From the NCBI GenBank assembly GCA_041745735.1, contig JBGTII010000102.1:1763-65762 (forward strand): a DNA stretch of 64,000 nt. Direction: 5' to 3'. The position numbers and the translations under genes are program-made. This document shows, one piece after another, positions 63,300 through 64,000 of this stretch. The notes below the pieces were generated by a model that did not search any database, had not been told where the DNA came from, and was given only the letters and a program-made list of their open reading frames with translations. The stretch is from Pyrinomonadaceae bacterium. GTDB taxonomy: Bacteria; Acidobacteriota; Blastocatellia; Pyrinomonadales; Pyrinomonadaceae. The first letter of the stretch is position 1. Each line of letters begins with the position of its first letter.

Positions 63300-64000
63300 T
63301 TATAGTATAACGACTAACTTTCCGCTTGCCTGATTTGATTCCATATAGCGGTGAGCTTCGGCGATCTCGTCAATTGAAAAGGCACGGTCGATCTTGATCT
63401 GATTTTTGCCTCTTGCCACGCCGTCCACAAATTCCTGTAAAAGGCTGGCAGATAGATTCTTTGCTTCACCGGTGTAAACGGTTAAGCGAACCGTATGCGG
63501 AATGTCACCCATCGGTGTAAATTCGTTGAGGGTCCAGGCATTTCCCAAGATTCCCGTCATACATACGATTCCGCCCGGTGCGGCACATTTCAAGGAATCG
63601 CGCAAAGTTGCCGTTCCGACAAGTTCGAGAACACGGTCAACGCCATTTGGAAAGATCTCACGCACTTTGCGGGCGATTGACCCATCGTCAATTATGACCT
63701 CGTTAACGCCATGTTCGTTCAATGCTTCAATCTTGTTGGGATTGCGGGTTGTCGAAGCCACTTTCAAGCCCATATTTTTTGCAATAGTTGCCGCCGCCAT
63801 TCCAATCGAAGAAGTGCCGCCGCGAATCAGCAGAGTTTGTCCTGATTTTACTTCCAAACCTGAAGTTAAAGAACCATAAGCGGTTTGAAACATTTCGGGA
63901 ATCGCCCCGAGAGTTTTCCAGTCCAGGTCCGTTTCGAGCGGAAAAACGTTTGTCTGCGGAACACAAGTATACTCGGCATAACCACCGTCAAATTCGCGTC
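63300..64000 (-). CDS. zinc-type alcohol dehydrogenase / quinone oxidoreductase (MDR family), 5' end outside the window
   Basis: GGTSSIGMAA nucleotide-binding motif and C-terminal ..ASGKLVVIL. The reading frame stays open to the window edge. Confidence 0.8.
   Translation of the reverse strand, partial: REFDGGYAEYTCVPQTNVFPLETDLDWKTLGAIPEMFQTAYGSLTSGLEVKSGQTLLIRGGTSSIGMAAATIAKNMGLKVASTTRNPNKIEALNEHGVNEVIIDDGSIARKVREIFPNGVDRVLELVGTATLRDSLKCAAPGGIVCMTGILGNAWTLNEFTPMGDIPHTVRLTVYTGEAKNLSASLLQEFVDGVARGKNQIKIDRAFSIDEIAEAHRYMESNQASGKLVVIL

Noticed and set aside
1-64000. rRNA, tRNA, tmRNA, CRISPR arrays and large IS or prophage elements.
   Set aside because: None was recognised when I read all intergenic regions longer than 60 bp. 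This is not exhaustive without tRNAscan or Infernal.

Overview
This is a densely coding 64-kb chromosomal window with about 68 protein genes. By reading the intergenic regions I found no rRNA, tRNA or CRISPR array. Hand counts of sample lines give about 50-55% G+C, with one clearly AT-rich gene.

The gene repertoire (BshB1-type deacetylase, DinB/YfiT-like protein, Ser/Thr kinase-TPR, secreted proteins ending in CarboxypepD_reg-like domains, KirBac-type channel, type IV pilus ATPases) and several families of short palindromic intergenic repeats suggest a soil diderm such as an Acidobacteriota member. That placement is inference only.

Core housekeeping blocks:
- The cell-shape cluster mreB-mreC-mreD-mrdA-rodA plus a class A PBP (17.7-26.0 kb, minus strand).
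- A tightly coupled CBS / secreted protein / hsp20 / lon operon (30.1-34.0 kb).
- nadA, and pstSCAB-phoU (38.1-42.5 kb).
- pilB / basic secreted protein / pilT / pilC (57.7-62.8 kb).
- lipB, mscL, ribE, HU/IHF, yacG, and M48, M50 and YpfJ peptidases.

Items worth a second look:
1. A divergent module at 7.2-9.4 kb. It combines an XRE repressor, a 77-aa secreted 4-Cys mini-protein, and a TPR protein fused to a LexA/S24-like domain that lacks the catalytic Lys. It has palindromic operator candidates.
2. An AT-rich PAPS-type sulfotransferase (27.3-28.4 kb) flanked by two secreted proteins that share a paralogous C-terminal domain.
3. A RAYT (REP-associated tyrosine transposase) bracketed by inverted REP hairpins (55.7-56.4 kb), followed by a 0.6-kb repeat-rich intergenic region. 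Other REP-like families occur elsewhere in the window.
4. Tandem PliG-like lysozyme-inhibitor paralogues (3.7-4.5 kb).
5. A highly basic secreted protein inserted between pilB and pilT.

All family assignments come from motif recognition by eye. No database search was possible.
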